A DNA stretch of 64,000 nucleotides from an uncultured Gammaproteobacteria bacterium (GCA_964493305.1 CAZBLW010000001.1:177484-241483); one strand, 5' to 3'. Numbered from the stretch's first letter, positions 15,798 through 26,153 are shown. Notes: generated by a model not told the origin, from the sequence alone. A program made the numbers and translations.

Positions 15798-17489
15798 TTA
15801 CCAGCTGCCACCACCACCACCACCAAAACCACCACCAGAAAATCCACCTCCTGCAGAACCACTACCTCCCCGGGAGGCCTGGGAAATATTATTTCCCATT
15901 TGCGTATTGAAATTAGATAAGTCATTAGTAAATTGTGTAGCCAAAAAAGCATTGGTTGTACTACCTTGATACCAGTCAGGATTTTGGATATAAATATCTT
16001 TAAACTGCTCAGCCCATTGTTTTTCCACTCCCATGGCTATTGCAAAAGGTAAATACTGCATAAACTGTTCCGGGTTTTTGTCTGGAGCGTTGTGAAATTT
16101 AAATCGGTCCTTGTCAGTAACTGATAAAAATTCTTTAAAACCAAGTAAGTGATCTTTTACTTCCGATCCTTGATAAGTTTTTCTGGGCATGAGCCAACCA
16201 AAAATCATCACCACCCCACCGGTTAAAAGCAGTGCTAGAAAATATACAAAAGCCAAGTCGCCGATAAAAAATCCAATCATTATTAAACCACCAGCAAAAG
16301 TAGTGTATTTAAGCTTGATGGTATTGGGATTTTTATCATACCAACCCAAAGTTACCATTTCTTCACTAATATTTTTTTTGAATTCAGTTATTCTTTTGGC
16401 AATAGATTTATCTTTTTTTATACTAGATAATTTGATACTACTACCGGCTAGTTTATTGTCAGTAAAAAATATTTCACTAACCAAACCAGCTATGCCAGTA
16501 TCCTTGGCCGGGAGATCTTTTAAAACTAGTAATTCATAATCAACCGATTTAAAGATACTGGATTTTTCTACCCGAGTGATTTTGATATAACCTTGTTGGG
16601 CAAGATATATAATTCCTGCTGTGATATCGCGGTTATCAATTTTTTCATCAATCAAAGCTCCCACCAAAGTAGGCGAGACATTTTGGGGAGGTTCGTATTC
16701 GGCAATGATAGTACCCCGACCAACCGGATCTTTGCCATGGCGTTGCCAAATTAAATACATTATTATAAGTGCTACAAAAGGTAGAAGTAAAATAAAATTG
16801 TCTCTGATAATTTTGCCAATTTTTTCCCAAACAGTTGGAGCTTGAAAAAAACCTTTATCTATTCCCAAAGCAATAGTCAGGCCTTCGCCCGGATATAATA
16901 TATTGGTAGTTTGAAAATTGATGTTATTGGCTGTCTGGGTCAGGCGACAAGGGGTTTGTGAACCAACTTGACCCTGATAACAAGCAGCTTGTTTTAATTG
17001 TGCTCCACTTGGTAGATTTATTTCTGTTGTAACTTGGAGCATGTTTACTGGCCAGTCATTGCCAGTCACATTCCAATACAACTCATCATAGTCGTTAAAA
17101 AAGTTGATCGCCCCCTCAACTTGATAAATTATTTGATATTCTTGGCGACCAGTAACTGTACTGTCAGCCGAGCCAATTTTAATATTTAAATTTTCCCCTT
17201 GAATTTTGTCAGAGTAGGTTTCATTTAGGCCATTGCGCAAAACTCCAAGCACTTTAATGGAGATATTTCTGTTGCCATAATCAGTTTTATATCTGATAGG
17301 TATATCTCGATAGATGCCGTGTTTTGGTAAATCGCCAAAATCATAAATAATTGTTTCCCTGACCGTAAAAAATTTTGAGGCCAATTTTATATCAGCACCA
17401 AAACTTTGGATAGTTTCCGCTTGAGCAGTATGGATACCAACTAAAATAAATAAAAATAAACTAAATACAATTTTAGGCAATTTTTTCAT
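15798..17489 (-). CDS. DUF2207-like membrane protein (signal peptide, extracellular domain, TM segments, Gly-rich C-terminal tail ...GGGFSGGGFGGGGGGSW)
   Basis: The architecture and G-rich tail ending in W are typical of the DUF2207 family. Internal TM block at about 225-250 and 395-430. Confidence 0.6.
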   Translation of the reverse strand: MKKLPKIVFSLFLFILVGIHTAQAETIQSFGADIKLASKFFTVRETIIYDFGDLPKHGIYRDIPIRYKTDYGNRNISIKVLGVLRNGLNETYSDKIQGENLNIKIGSADSTVTGRQEYQIIYQVEGAINFFNDYDELYWNVTGNDWPVNMLQVTTEINLPSGAQLKQAACYQGQVGSQTPCRLTQTANNINFQTTNILYPGEGLTIALGIDKGFFQAPTVWEKIGKIIRDNFILLLPFVALIIMYLIWQRHGKDPVGRGTIIAEYEPPQNVSPTLVGALIDEKIDNRDITAGIIYLAQQGYIKITRVEKSSIFKSVDYELLVLKDLPAKDTGIAGLVSEIFFTDNKLAGSSIKLSSIKKDKSIAKRITEFKKNISEEMVTLGWYDKNPNTIKLKYTTFAGGLIMIGFFIGDLAFVYFLALLLTGGVVMIFGWLMPRKTYQGSEVKDHLLGFKEFLSVTDKDRFKFHNAPDKNPEQFMQYLPFAIAMGVEKQWAEQFKDIYIQNPDWYQGSTTNAFLATQFTNDLSNFNTQMGNNISQASRGGSGSAGGGFSGGGFGGGGGGSW

Positions 17490-17562
17490 AGTTTAATTGT
17501 AGGTCTTATTTTTCTTTGTTTCAACCTTTTGGTTTAAGGATAATAAGTTATATAATAGATAT

Positions 17563-18069
17563 ATGAAACTAAAAAAAGTAGTGGTCAATGACAAAATGCA
17601 AACAGGTTATGTTTATTTTTTGACAGAATCAGCAGAAAAAAATTTTCACCCTGAGTTTAAACCCGAGCTTACCCCCAAAGAAATGTTGGCTTTGGGAGTG
17701 TTTGGTGGAAAATATCTCAATGATTGCAGATCCGAGTTTCCCAAGGATTGGTATAAATCAGCTAAGTTAAGTTTAAAGAAAAATATAAAATTAAATTATT
17801 TTAAAGTTGATGCTAGTTTGCCTTTGGCCGAATGGCAGCGTAAAGGCTGGATTTATCCGGAAGACCCCCGCGGTTGGTTTCAGTGGTATTGTCGTTACTA
17901 TTTGGGCAGGCGTATTCCTGAAGAGGATCTTAGACAGATTAAAAGATGGAAGGCGATTCGCAGGCATTACACCGCAGTTAAAATTCACTGTCTCAGGGGT
18001 GATTTCGGTTGCCGGCCTCGGCAAAGACAAGCTTTACTTCATTGGGCGTATGATAGCAGGCGTATATAA
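17563..18069 (+). CDS. hypothetical protein (conserved GWFQWYCRYYLGRR motif)
   Basis: 168 aa. The motif-rich sequence looks like a conserved family but I cannot name it. Confidence 0.5.
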   Translation: MKLKKVVVNDKMQTGYVYFLTESAEKNFHPEFKPELTPKEMLALGVFGGKYLNDCRSEFPKDWYKSAKLSLKKNIKLNYFKVDASLPLAEWQRKGWIYPEDPRGWFQWYCRYYLGRRIPEEDLRQIKRWKAIRRHYTAVKIHCLRGDFGCRPRQRQALLHWAYDSRRI

Positions 18070-18100
18070 AATTATAAATTGTAAATTTTAAATTATAAAA

Positions 18101-19102
18101 ATGGACTTAAGTAAGTTGAATGAAATATTAAAAAGTGAACCGTCGTATCGCCAGCAACAAATTAATCAGGCGGTATTTATTGATTTGGTTGTCACTTGGG
18201 AGGAGGCAACAACTTTACCACAAAAATTACGAAAAGTTTTGATGGACAATTGTCCGTTGGAAATAAAAGCAGATATTTTTCAAAGTCGAGATAACAAAAC
18301 CAGCAAAGCTTTGATTACCTTGGAAGATGGCAATAAAATCGAAACAGTGTTGATGCGACATGAAGGTGAGAGACACACGGTCTGTGTATCCAGTCAGGTT
18401 GGTTGTCCGTTGGCTTGCACTTTTTGTGCTACCGGCAAGTTGGGATTGAAACGCAATTTAACAAGCGATGAAATCGTCGAACAGGTGCTGCTCTGGAATC
18501 GCGTGTTAAAGCAACTAGGTGAAGAAGATCGGGTGACCAATGTAGTCTATATGGGAATGGGTGAGCCGTTTTTAAATTATACCAATGTACTAAAATCAGT
18601 TAGATTGTTAAATGATAAACAAGGGTTTAATATTGCTGCGCGAAAAATTTCTATTTCGACTTCAGGCATTGCTCCCAAAATAAAAAAGTTTGCTGAAGAA
18701 AAAATGCAAATAAATCTTGCTTTGTCCTTACATGCCCCCAATGATGAGTTGCGTTCTCAGTTAATGCCCATTAACACTCACTTCCCCTTGTCGGAGGTAA
18801 TGCAGGCTATTGATTATTATATTAAAAAGACTAATCGAAAAGTTATGTGTGAATATCTGATGATTGCTGGTGTAAATGATTCGCTTGAACAAGCTCGGCA
18901 ATTAGTTAAGTTGTTAAAAAACAAATTAGTTATGGTTAACTTGATTGCTTACAATCCAACCAATGCATACCGACCAGTCAAGTCAAAAAGTATAAAAATT
19001 TTTAAAGATTATTTAGCTGAAGCAGGATTGGAAGTAAGTCAACGTTTTACTTTTGGTCAAGATATTAAAGCGGCTTGTGGACAGTTGGCTTTGGATAATT
19101 AG
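18101..19102 (+). CDS. rlmN: 23S rRNA (A2503-C2)/tRNA methyltransferase, radical SAM
   Basis: VCVSSQVGCPLACTFCATG has the CxxxCxxC cluster; MGMGEPFLNY and C-terminal motifs are as in RlmN. Confidence 0.9.
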   Translation: MDLSKLNEILKSEPSYRQQQINQAVFIDLVVTWEEATTLPQKLRKVLMDNCPLEIKADIFQSRDNKTSKALITLEDGNKIETVLMRHEGERHTVCVSSQVGCPLACTFCATGKLGLKRNLTSDEIVEQVLLWNRVLKQLGEEDRVTNVVYMGMGEPFLNYTNVLKSVRLLNDKQGFNIAARKISISTSGIAPKIKKFAEEKMQINLALSLHAPNDELRSQLMPINTHFPLSEVMQAIDYYIKKTNRKVMCEYLMIAGVNDSLEQARQLVKLLKNKLVMVNLIAYNPTNAYRPVKSKSIKIFKDYLAEAGLEVSQRFTFGQDIKAACGQLALDN

Positions 19103-19244
19103 GTTTTGTATTTTTATCAGATGATTATAAATTTTAAATGAAGTATTAATTATTTATTATTTATTCTTAAATCTTAATTCTATCTATAACTTCGTTTGTA
19201 AAAAACCATTGTTTGACTTACTATTTAATTAGTAAATAAAAGTA

Positions 19245-20240
19245 ATGTCACAAGATAATCTAAAAATAAAACAACAATATCCATCACATACAGCTGGTCG
19301 ATTGGCTATTTCTGCAGTGCCCGTAGTATCACCAGATAAAAAAATCGTCGAAGTAACAAAATGGTTAGAAAAAGATATTCATAAGTTTGAATCAATCAAT
19401 TATATATATGTGGTAGATGGTGCGGGTAAATTGGTTGGTATTTTGTCGATTAAAGATACTCTCCGTCAAGCAGCAGATGCCTTAGTTGGTACAGTAATGA
19501 AAACAGAATTAGTAGTAGCTTATCCGCATACTCATCAGGAGCGGATGGCACTACTGGCTTTGAAACACAACCTTAAAGCTATTCCGGTAGTTGATAGACA
19601 AGGTGTTTTCATTGGCGTGGTACCATCAGACACTATTTTATCTGTGCTTTATACTGAAAGTCAGGAAGACGTGATGCATCTGGCTGGGGTACCTTCAATT
19701 ACTGCCAGGGAAACTATTATAGATTTACCATTGAAAAGTTTATTGTTACATCGCTTGCCCTGGTTATTACTGGGGCTTTTAGGTGGAGTGATGGCAGCTG
19801 AAATTGTTGGTTTATTTGAAGCAACCTTGCAGGAAAATATTATTTTGGCTGCTTTTATTCCGTTGATGATGTATATGGGTGGGGCAGTACTGGCACAAAC
19901 ACAAGCTTTTTTTATTCGTGATTTATCTTTGAATCCGCAACTTAATTTTCGTAAATATTTTTTAAAACAATTAAGTGTAGTACTGATTATTGCTTTGAGT
20001 ATTAGTATTGCCATGATCATAATCGGATTATTACGTTATCAAGATTTAGCAGTAATTAGTATAATTCCGGTGGCGCTGGGGGCAATAATTTTTTCAACCA
20101 TGATTACTAGTTTAATAATTCCATATTTATTCCATAGATTTAAATTTGATCCGGCTGACGGTAGTGGTCCAATCGCCACAGTGTTGCAAGATCTGATGGG
20201 AGTAATAATTTATTTTCTAATTGCTGGTTGGTTGATTTGA
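19245..20240 (+). CDS. mgtE: magnesium transporter MgtE (CBS pair plus MgtE TM domain)
   Basis: CBS-like VGILSIKD../GVVPSDTIL segments followed by five TM helices with the conserved MgtE pore region. Confidence 0.8.
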   Translation: MSQDNLKIKQQYPSHTAGRLAISAVPVVSPDKKIVEVTKWLEKDIHKFESINYIYVVDGAGKLVGILSIKDTLRQAADALVGTVMKTELVVAYPHTHQERMALLALKHNLKAIPVVDRQGVFIGVVPSDTILSVLYTESQEDVMHLAGVPSITARETIIDLPLKSLLLHRLPWLLLGLLGGVMAAEIVGLFEATLQENIILAAFIPLMMYMGGAVLAQTQAFFIRDLSLNPQLNFRKYFLKQLSVVLIIALSISIAMIIIGLLRYQDLAVISIIPVALGAIIFSTMITSLIIPYLFHRFKFDPADGSGPIATVLQDLMGVIIYFLIAGWLI

Positions 20241-20294
20241 TTACATAATTACAATAGTCAATTCTCGTATTTTTTGTTAGTATAGAAAATACTG

Positions 20295-21515
20295 ATGAAA
20301 ACTTACAAAAAACTCATTTTTATAGGTATTATCGTGTTAATAGCCTTGGGGGCTTTTATTTTTTATGGTTGGCAAAAACCTACCTTTTCTGAAGAAAAAA
20401 ATGTTGAACCTGAAGTGGCTGTTATTATTCCGCCGGATAGAATAGTGGAATATGAAATCATTGCCAATGATACTTACGGGGTTATTATGACCAATCAGAG
20501 CATTAGCTCTGCTGACGCGCAGGCAATTTATCAAGTGGCTTTGGAAAAATATGATTTGGCCAAAATCGGGGTGGGTAAAAAAATTAAATTTTATTTTCGT
20601 CCAGAATCCGACGAATTTTATAAATTATACTATCAAATTGATAGTGAGGAAGAGTTATGGGTAGAAAAAGATACTCAAGGTCTGTGGCAGGCTACCAGAC
20701 AAGATATACCTTATGAAATAAAAACTATTACCAGCAGTGGGACGATTGAAAAGTTTTTATATGCTGATGCTTTAGCCGCCGGTGTGGATGAACGAGCAGT
20801 GATAGCTTGGGCAGAAATGTTACAGTGGAGTTTGGATTTTGCTATGGATGTACGCGTCGGTGATTCTTATAAGTTTATTTATGAACAAAGATTTTTAGAT
20901 GGACAGTACGTTATGCCAGGTCGGGTATTGGCGGGAAAATTTATCAATGATGGCAAAGCTTATTATGGATTTTATTATCAAGATCCTGCAGGTGATAGTG
21001 GTTATTATGATGAACAAGGTAACAATGTACAAAAAATGTTTTTGAAAGCACCGGTTGCTTTTAAATATATTTCCAGTGGTTTCACTACAGGTGCTAGATA
21101 TATCCAAGCTTTCAATATTTCTACTGGACATCGGGCGATTGATTATGCAGCTAGTGCTGGAACACCGGTTAGAAGTGTTGGCGATGGCACAGTAATTTTT
21201 GCTGGTTGGGATGGTTCTTATGGAAATAAAGTAAGCATTAGACACAATGGAACTTACACTACCAACTATGCGCATTTATCTAAAATTTTAGTAAAACGCG
21301 GACAAAAAGTTAGTCAGAATGACACGATTGGCTTGGTAGGTTCCACCGGGCTTTCCACTGGTCCACACTTACACTACGAAATGGTAAAAAATGGAGTGAA
21401 AATAAATCCTCTGCAAGAAGTTTTGCCGCCAGGCGAGGCACTTAAGTCCGAATATCAGTCAGACTATTTTGATTATATTGCCAGCTGGCAACAACAACTT
21501 GATTCGACTTATTGA
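20295..21515 (+). CDS. M23-family metallopeptidase (LytM-like) with an N-terminal TM anchor
   Basis: HRAIDYAA..GTPV..DGTVIFAGWDGSYGN.V.IRH..GYTTNYAHLS..GQ.V..G..IG.VGSTGLSTGPHLHYE is the M23 signature. Confidence 0.85.
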   Translation: MKTYKKLIFIGIIVLIALGAFIFYGWQKPTFSEEKNVEPEVAVIIPPDRIVEYEIIANDTYGVIMTNQSISSADAQAIYQVALEKYDLAKIGVGKKIKFYFRPESDEFYKLYYQIDSEEELWVEKDTQGLWQATRQDIPYEIKTITSSGTIEKFLYADALAAGVDERAVIAWAEMLQWSLDFAMDVRVGDSYKFIYEQRFLDGQYVMPGRVLAGKFINDGKAYYGFYYQDPAGDSGYYDEQGNNVQKMFLKAPVAFKYISSGFTTGARYIQAFNISTGHRAIDYAASAGTPVRSVGDGTVIFAGWDGSYGNKVSIRHNGTYTTNYAHLSKILVKRGQKVSQNDTIGLVGSTGLSTGPHLHYEMVKNGVKINPLQEVLPPGEALKSEYQSDYFDYIASWQQQLDSTY

Positions 21516-21581
21516 CAATAGTAATTATTTTATTTAAGATACTTTAATTGTTCAATTACAAATAAATAAGGAGAGTGAGCT

Positions 21582-21770
21582 ATGAAAAAGAAAGTTATGG
21601 TAGCTTTGGCTAGTTTTTGTTTGTTAGTAGGTGCTATAGTGTGCCTAATTTCCTCATTTGTACCTTATAAAAAGTTTGCTGTATCAGCAGATTTAACCGC
21701 AATAATAGGTATTATTTTGATGGTAGGTTCCATTTTATTTTTATTCTATGCTGACTTTATAAAAAAATAA
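21582..21770 (+). CDS. small membrane protein (hypothetical)
   Basis: 62 aa, two hydrophobic helices, SD AAGGAG. Confidence 0.35.
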   Translation: MKKKVMVALASFCLLVGAIVCLISSFVPYKKFAVSADLTAIIGIILMVGSILFLFYADFIKK

Positions 21771-21801
21771 TTTTAAGCTTTGCTCAACGCAAAGCTTTTT
21801 T

Positions 21802-22083
21802 ATGTGTTATATTATAAATATGATTATTAATAATTTTTTTATGATCAATCCACAGCTTGCTATGACATTTATTAAAATAGCAGGACTAACCAATATATTG
21901 TTTTTGCTCTTAACTTTTTTTTCTTGCCGTTGTTTGCTGGGTCCCAAAATATCGCAAAAGTTGGCGCAGTATGAATGGTTTAAAAAGTTTTATCGTTGGC
22001 ATTGTTATTTTTGGTGGGGGTTTTATTTGTCAGTAATTATTCATACCTTACTTGCCTGGTATTTATTTGGTTTTGGTTTTTAG
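21802..22083 (+). CDS. small membrane protein (hypothetical)
   Basis: 93 aa, hydrophobic. Confidence 0.3.
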   Translation: MCYIINMIINNFFMINPQLAMTFIKIAGLTNILFLLLTFFSCRCLLGPKISQKLAQYEWFKKFYRWHCYFWWGFYLSVIIHTLLAWYLFGFGF

Positions 22084-22103
22084 ATTATTAAAAATATTTA
22101 AAC

Positions 22104-23180
22104 ATGGATTATTTAAATTATTTAGACAATTTATATTTTTGGGGAAATAATGGTTGGCAATATACTAAGTTGTTATTGATATTTTTTGGTTTATTGTTAA
22201 TAACAAAAATTTTTCAAGTTTATATAGTTGCTAAGTTGAAAAAGTTGTCAGTTAAAACTAAAACAGATATTGATGATACTGTGATTGATATTTTTGAAAA
22301 ATTAAAACCGCCTTTTTATTTATTGTTGGCTTTTTATTTTGCTATTAAGTCGATCAACTTGCCCGATCTATTGACCAAAACAGTTAACGTGGCCTTTATT
22401 GTGGTAGTTGTCTATAAAATCATTAGAGCTTTGGAAAAAATTGGAGGTTATGTTATTCAAAAATATTTTACCAATAGAGCCGAGTCTGTTAATCACCAAG
22501 AAAAGTTACAAGAGAAAGAGATTGCCAATGTATTTAAAATTGTTTTACGGGTTGTTCTTTGGACATTGGGAATTACTTTGGCTTTAGCCAATATGGGTGT
22601 CAATGTTACTTCGTTGATTGCTAGTTTGGGTATTGGTGGTATTGCTATAGCTCTGGCTTTGCAAAATATTTTAGGTGATTTATTTAGTTCTTTTTCTTTG
22701 TATTTGGACAAACCCTTTCGCGTGGGAGATTTTATTATGATTGGCGAACATTTAGGGACAGTGGAAAAAATCGGTTTAAAAACCACCCGGATCAGAAGTT
22801 TAAGTGGTGAACAGTTGGTAGTATCAAACAATGAGCTTACTTCTTCGCGTATACAAAATTTTGGACGCATGCAGAAACGACGAGTAATATTTAATATTGG
22901 TGTAGTTTATGGTACGCCAGTAGATAAGTTAGAAAAAATCCCCAAGATTATTAAAAAGGTAATTCAGTCCCAGAGTAATGCTGAATTTGATCGTTGTCAT
23001 TTTTTTGAATATGGTGATTTTAGTTTAAATTATGAAACCGTTTTTTATTTAACCAGTCCTGATTACAACCAATATATGGATACTAGACAACGGATAAATT
23101 TGGAAATCTATAAAATATTTGCTGAGGAAAAAATTGAATTTGCTTATCCTACTCAAACCGTTGTATTGTCTAAAACCTAG
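22104..23180 (+). CDS. mscS: small-conductance mechanosensitive channel (MscS family)
   Basis: TM3 region LGIGGIAIALALQNILGDLFS followed by FRVGDFI..G..G.V..I.L..T.IR is MscS-typical. Confidence 0.85.
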   Translation: MDYLNYLDNLYFWGNNGWQYTKLLLIFFGLLLITKIFQVYIVAKLKKLSVKTKTDIDDTVIDIFEKLKPPFYLLLAFYFAIKSINLPDLLTKTVNVAFIVVVVYKIIRALEKIGGYVIQKYFTNRAESVNHQEKLQEKEIANVFKIVLRVVLWTLGITLALANMGVNVTSLIASLGIGGIAIALALQNILGDLFSSFSLYLDKPFRVGDFIMIGEHLGTVEKIGLKTTRIRSLSGEQLVVSNNELTSSRIQNFGRMQKRRVIFNIGVVYGTPVDKLEKIPKIIKKVIQSQSNAEFDRCHFFEYGDFSLNYETVFYLTSPDYNQYMDTRQRINLEIYKIFAEEKIEFAYPTQTVVLSKT

Positions 23181-23183
23181 TGT

Positions 23184-23723
23184 ATGCGCGGGAAGATCGT
23201 TTTGTTTTTATTAGTAGTAGTGTTTACAGGTTGTACTAAACAAACACCAGCTACCAATAATATTATTATTAATAAAAATGTCATGAGATTAACTAGTAGT
23301 GATTTTGTTGATAAAACTGCAATTGATCCTAAATTTACCTGTGATGGTGATAACCTTCGGCCAGAGTTGTCTTGGTTTGATGTTCCTGCTATAGCCAAAT
23401 CCATGGCGCTAGCTATGTTCGATCCAGATGCACCGGGTGATGGTTTTGTCCATTGGTTAGTGGTAAATTTACCAGTGCAAGAGTTGCAATTAGATAGCCA
23501 AGAAAATCTACCAATTGGTGCAGAGCAGATTAAAAATGATACTGGTAAGTTTGATTATTTTGGTCCTTGTCCGCCGCAGGGGGTGCATCATTATCAGTTT
23601 ACATTGTATGCTTTGGACCTAAATTCAATTCAGCCTGTAGATTATCAGGATTTTTTACAACAGATTGATGGTCATATAGTAGAACAGGTAACGCTTACAG
23701 GGTTGTATGAGAGAAAAAGATAA
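23184..23723 (+). CDS. YbhB/YbcL (PEBP/RKIP) family lipoprotein
   Basis: Lipobox FTGC; MFDPDAPGDGFVHWLV...GPCPPQGVHHYQFTLYALD is the PEBP signature. Confidence 0.8.
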   Translation: MRGKIVLFLLVVVFTGCTKQTPATNNIIINKNVMRLTSSDFVDKTAIDPKFTCDGDNLRPELSWFDVPAIAKSMALAMFDPDAPGDGFVHWLVVNLPVQELQLDSQENLPIGAEQIKNDTGKFDYFGPCPPQGVHHYQFTLYALDLNSIQPVDYQDFLQQIDGHIVEQVTLTGLYERKR

Positions 23724-23727
23724 TTAT

Positions 23728-23835
23728 CAATTACTAATTACTAATGATTAATGAATTTTTAATTAGTTAATTATAATTAGTTATTAGTAATTTATTAAAA
23801 CCTTGTTTTATTTTATTGATTGTGTTAATATATTT
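23728..23835. repeat. AT-rich intergenic repeat region built from TAATTAGT/ATTACTAAT units
   Basis: aattactaattactaatgattaatga...taattagttaattataattagttattagtaatttatt. Shares the unit with 27140..27245 and 30045..30100. Confidence 0.6.
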
Positions 23836-23865
23836 TTACCTAATTTTTATATTTAAGAAATTTTT

Positions 23866-24012
23866 ATGCCCAAAAAGAAAAAGTCCCGATCTGGTAACCC
23901 ATCAACCGGTGTGAAATTACCTAAGTTCAAAATGAGTAAGCAAAGCAAAGAATCTCGTAATAGTGGAAAACTTGCCAAAAAAACTTACGGTCGTTTTCGT
24001 AATAAAAAATAA
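23866..24012 (+). CDS. unannotated 47-aa highly basic protein (MPKKKKSRSGNPSTGVKLPKFKMSKQSKESRNSGKLAKKTYGRFRNKK)
   Basis: ATG ORF below the 60-aa track threshold, about 35% Lys/Arg, immediately followed by a strong terminator. Ribosomal-protein-like composition, but I cannot match it. Confidence 0.4.
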   Translation: MPKKKKSRSGNPSTGVKLPKFKMSKQSKESRNSGKLAKKTYGRFRNKK

Positions 24013-24027
24013 TTCTTCTAAACTATA

Positions 24028-24056
24028 AAAAGCACCCAAAGTATGGGTGCTTTTTT
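24028..24056 (+). terminator. rho-independent terminator (aagcacccaaagtatgggtgctt + T6)
   Basis: Perfect stem followed by TTTTTT. Confidence 0.8.
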
Positions 24057-24136
24057 AATTGACAAAACAAAATAGATAGCATAAAATGTAAACTTATTTT
24101 ACAGAACGTTAACAATCAAAATAAAGGAGCGGAAAA

Positions 24137-24670
24137 ATGGAACGGATATTTAAGGCAGTTATTTGTGGTAGTCAGCATACAATGTTGTATGGAAAATTGG
24201 ATGGAGATGGCAAGAAGAATTTTTTTGCTGTCAAAACAGACCAACCCGACCGTGTTGGTGGACATAAAATAACCGCCAATGAATTTGAACAGCAGATTGA
24301 AAAGCATGGCCATATTGTTTTTTTGGTCGAAGGACAAACTAAGCATCGTGCTTTAATGATAGAAGGTATTGATATACCGTGGGAACCACTGTTTAGTTTA
24401 TTTATTTTTGAAAAAAAAGTTGATACTATTTTTCAAACCATTGTCAGTTTAAATAATCAAATCGATCATTACCAATTAGTAGAATTGGAAAAATCATTTT
24501 ATAGTAACCCCGGATTATTGGTAGCAATTCACAATAAATTAGCAGTTTGGTTTGAAGACAATAGCTTATCAGCGGAAGTAGAAAATAAACTGAAAAAAAT
24601 TTGTAACGAGCATGGTTATATTAAATTATTACGACTAATTGAAAGTCACCCAATCAAAAAAGCTGTTTAA
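24137..24670 (+). CDS. hypothetical protein
   Basis: 177 aa, strong SD AAAGGAG, terminator at 24681..24707. Confidence 0.55.
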   Translation: MERIFKAVICGSQHTMLYGKLDGDGKKNFFAVKTDQPDRVGGHKITANEFEQQIEKHGHIVFLVEGQTKHRALMIEGIDIPWEPLFSLFIFEKKVDTIFQTIVSLNNQIDHYQLVELEKSFYSNPGLLVAIHNKLAVWFEDNSLSAEVENKLKKICNEHGYIKLLRLIESHPIKKAV

Positions 24671-24732
24671 TTTTTATAAACTGAAAACCTAGGTTTTCAG
24701 TTTTTTATTTAAATTTTTAGTGTTATACTTAA

Positions 24733-25122
24733 TTGGCATTTATGAAAGATAATATTATTCGAGGTACGGTTATTCATGGTTTTGATAAGGGTAAAACCAT
24801 GGGTTTCCCTACTTATAATTTAAATTTATCAGAAGATTATCCTTTGGTTGATTGGCTAGGAGTGTGGTGCAGTTTGACTTATTTTAGAGGGGAAAAATTA
24901 TTTGGTGTTACACATATTGGTCCAGTGCGAATATTTAAAGAAGAAAAAATTAGAGTGGAAACACACTTGTTTGATTGGGATACAGATTTGTATGGCGAAC
25001 AAATGCAAGTGGAACTAATTTTTAAATTGCGTGATACCAGAGATTTTACCAATGAAACTGAACTGATCAAACAAGTGATGGAGGATATGAGACAAGCTAG
25101 AGCTTATTTTAAGATAGACTGA
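24733..25122 (+). CDS. riboflavin kinase (monofunctional flavokinase domain)
   Basis: RGTVIHGFDKGKTMGFPTYNL...GVTHIGP...ETHLFDWDTDLYGEQMQVELIFKLRD matches the RibF C-terminal flavokinase motifs. Confidence 0.75.
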   Translation: MAFMKDNIIRGTVIHGFDKGKTMGFPTYNLNLSEDYPLVDWLGVWCSLTYFRGEKLFGVTHIGPVRIFKEEKIRVETHLFDWDTDLYGEQMQVELIFKLRDTRDFTNETELIKQVMEDMRQARAYFKID

Positions 25123-25232
25123 TTGTAATTTTAAATTGTAAATTTTAAATTTTTAAATGAATTATAAAATTATTAAATTTAAAAATTAAATATTGATTTA
25201 TAATTGAAAATTTATAATTTAATTTTTTTTAA

Positions 25233-26153
25233 ATGAAAAAAATTTATTCAGGTCCTGTATTTATAATTTTGGCGGCGTTTTTGTGGAGTTTGGATGGATT
25301 TTTGCGTCAATCACTTTATACCTTGCCAGCCACCTTGATAGTTTGGTTGGAGCACTTACTGGGTTTTATTGTAGTTTTACCATTTATTTTTAAATTTAAA
25401 AAAGATTTAAAACTGATTGATCGTCAGACTTGGTTTAGTATTGGCTGGGTAGTAATTTGGGGAGGTATTTTGGGTACATTTTTTTACACCAAAGCCTTAG
25501 GTTTGGTAAATTATATTGATTTATCAGTTGTGGTTTTGTTGCAAAAATTTCAGCCAGTGTTTGCAATTACTTTGGCGCTGGTGGTATTGAGAGAAAAACC
25601 CAAAGCCAGTTACTGGTTCTGGTCTTTGCTGGCTTTGGTTGGGGGTTATTTGGTCACCTTTAAGGATTTAATAATCAATTTTCACGGCGGATTAAATGAA
25701 ATCTATGCAGCTGGATTGGCACTGCTGGCAGCTTTTGCCTGGGGTAGTTCTACAGTGTTTGGTCGGCGAGCTTTGGAGATAGTAAATTATAAACTACTTA
25801 CCGCACTCAGGTTTGGTTTAACAGCTTTGGTGTTATTGCCGATAATATTTATAAACCAAGCTGTTAGTAGCTTGCCTGTTGTCAGCTCCGAACAATGGTT
25901 TAAGTTGATGATTATAGTTTTTTCTACCGGATTGGTAGCGGTCATAATTTATTATGCTGGCTTAAGATCAACTCGTGCTAGTATAGCCACTATTTGTGAA
26001 ATGTTTTGGCCAGTATCAGCAGTAATACTTGATTATACCATCAATAAAACAATACTTACTCCTACGCAAATATTGGGGGCACTAATTTTACTTTTAGCCA
26101 TTTATCGCCTAAGTGCCAACCAAAGTTTAGTGAAAAATAAGCAGATTAGTTAA
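25233..26153 (+). CDS. EamA/DMT-superfamily transporter (10 TM)
   Basis: Two repeated 5-TM halves, each typical of the EamA domain. Confidence 0.7.
   Translation: MKKIYSGPVFIILAAFLWSLDGFLRQSLYTLPATLIVWLEHLLGFIVVLPFIFKFKKDLKLIDRQTWFSIGWVVIWGGILGTFFYTKALGLVNYIDLSVVVLLQKFQPVFAITLALVVLREKPKASYWFWSLLALVGGYLVTFKDLIINFHGGLNEIYAAGLALLAAFAWGSSTVFGRRALEIVNYKLLTALRFGLTALVLLPIIFINQAVSSLPVVSSEQWFKLMIIVFSTGLVAVIIYYAGLRSTRASIATICEMFWPVSAVILDYTINKTILTPTQILGALILLLAIYRLSANQSLVKNKQIS

Noticed and set aside
15800-15870. Run of G-rich codons (GGNGGNGGN...) considered as a G-quadruplex or slippage tract
   Set aside because: It encodes the Gly-rich C-terminal tail (GGGFSGGGFGGGGGGSW) of the DUF2207 protein on the minus strand, with varied codons. 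It is not a homopolymer.
16189-16845. ORFs overlapping the DUF2207 gene on either strand
   Set aside because: Shadow ORFs inside a 563-aa gene with a coherent signal-peptide/TM/Gly-tail architecture.
17791-18091. Overlapping ORFs 17791..18030 (-) and 17807..18091 (+)
   Set aside because: They overlap the motif-rich 17563..18069 gene in other frames. No independent start signals.
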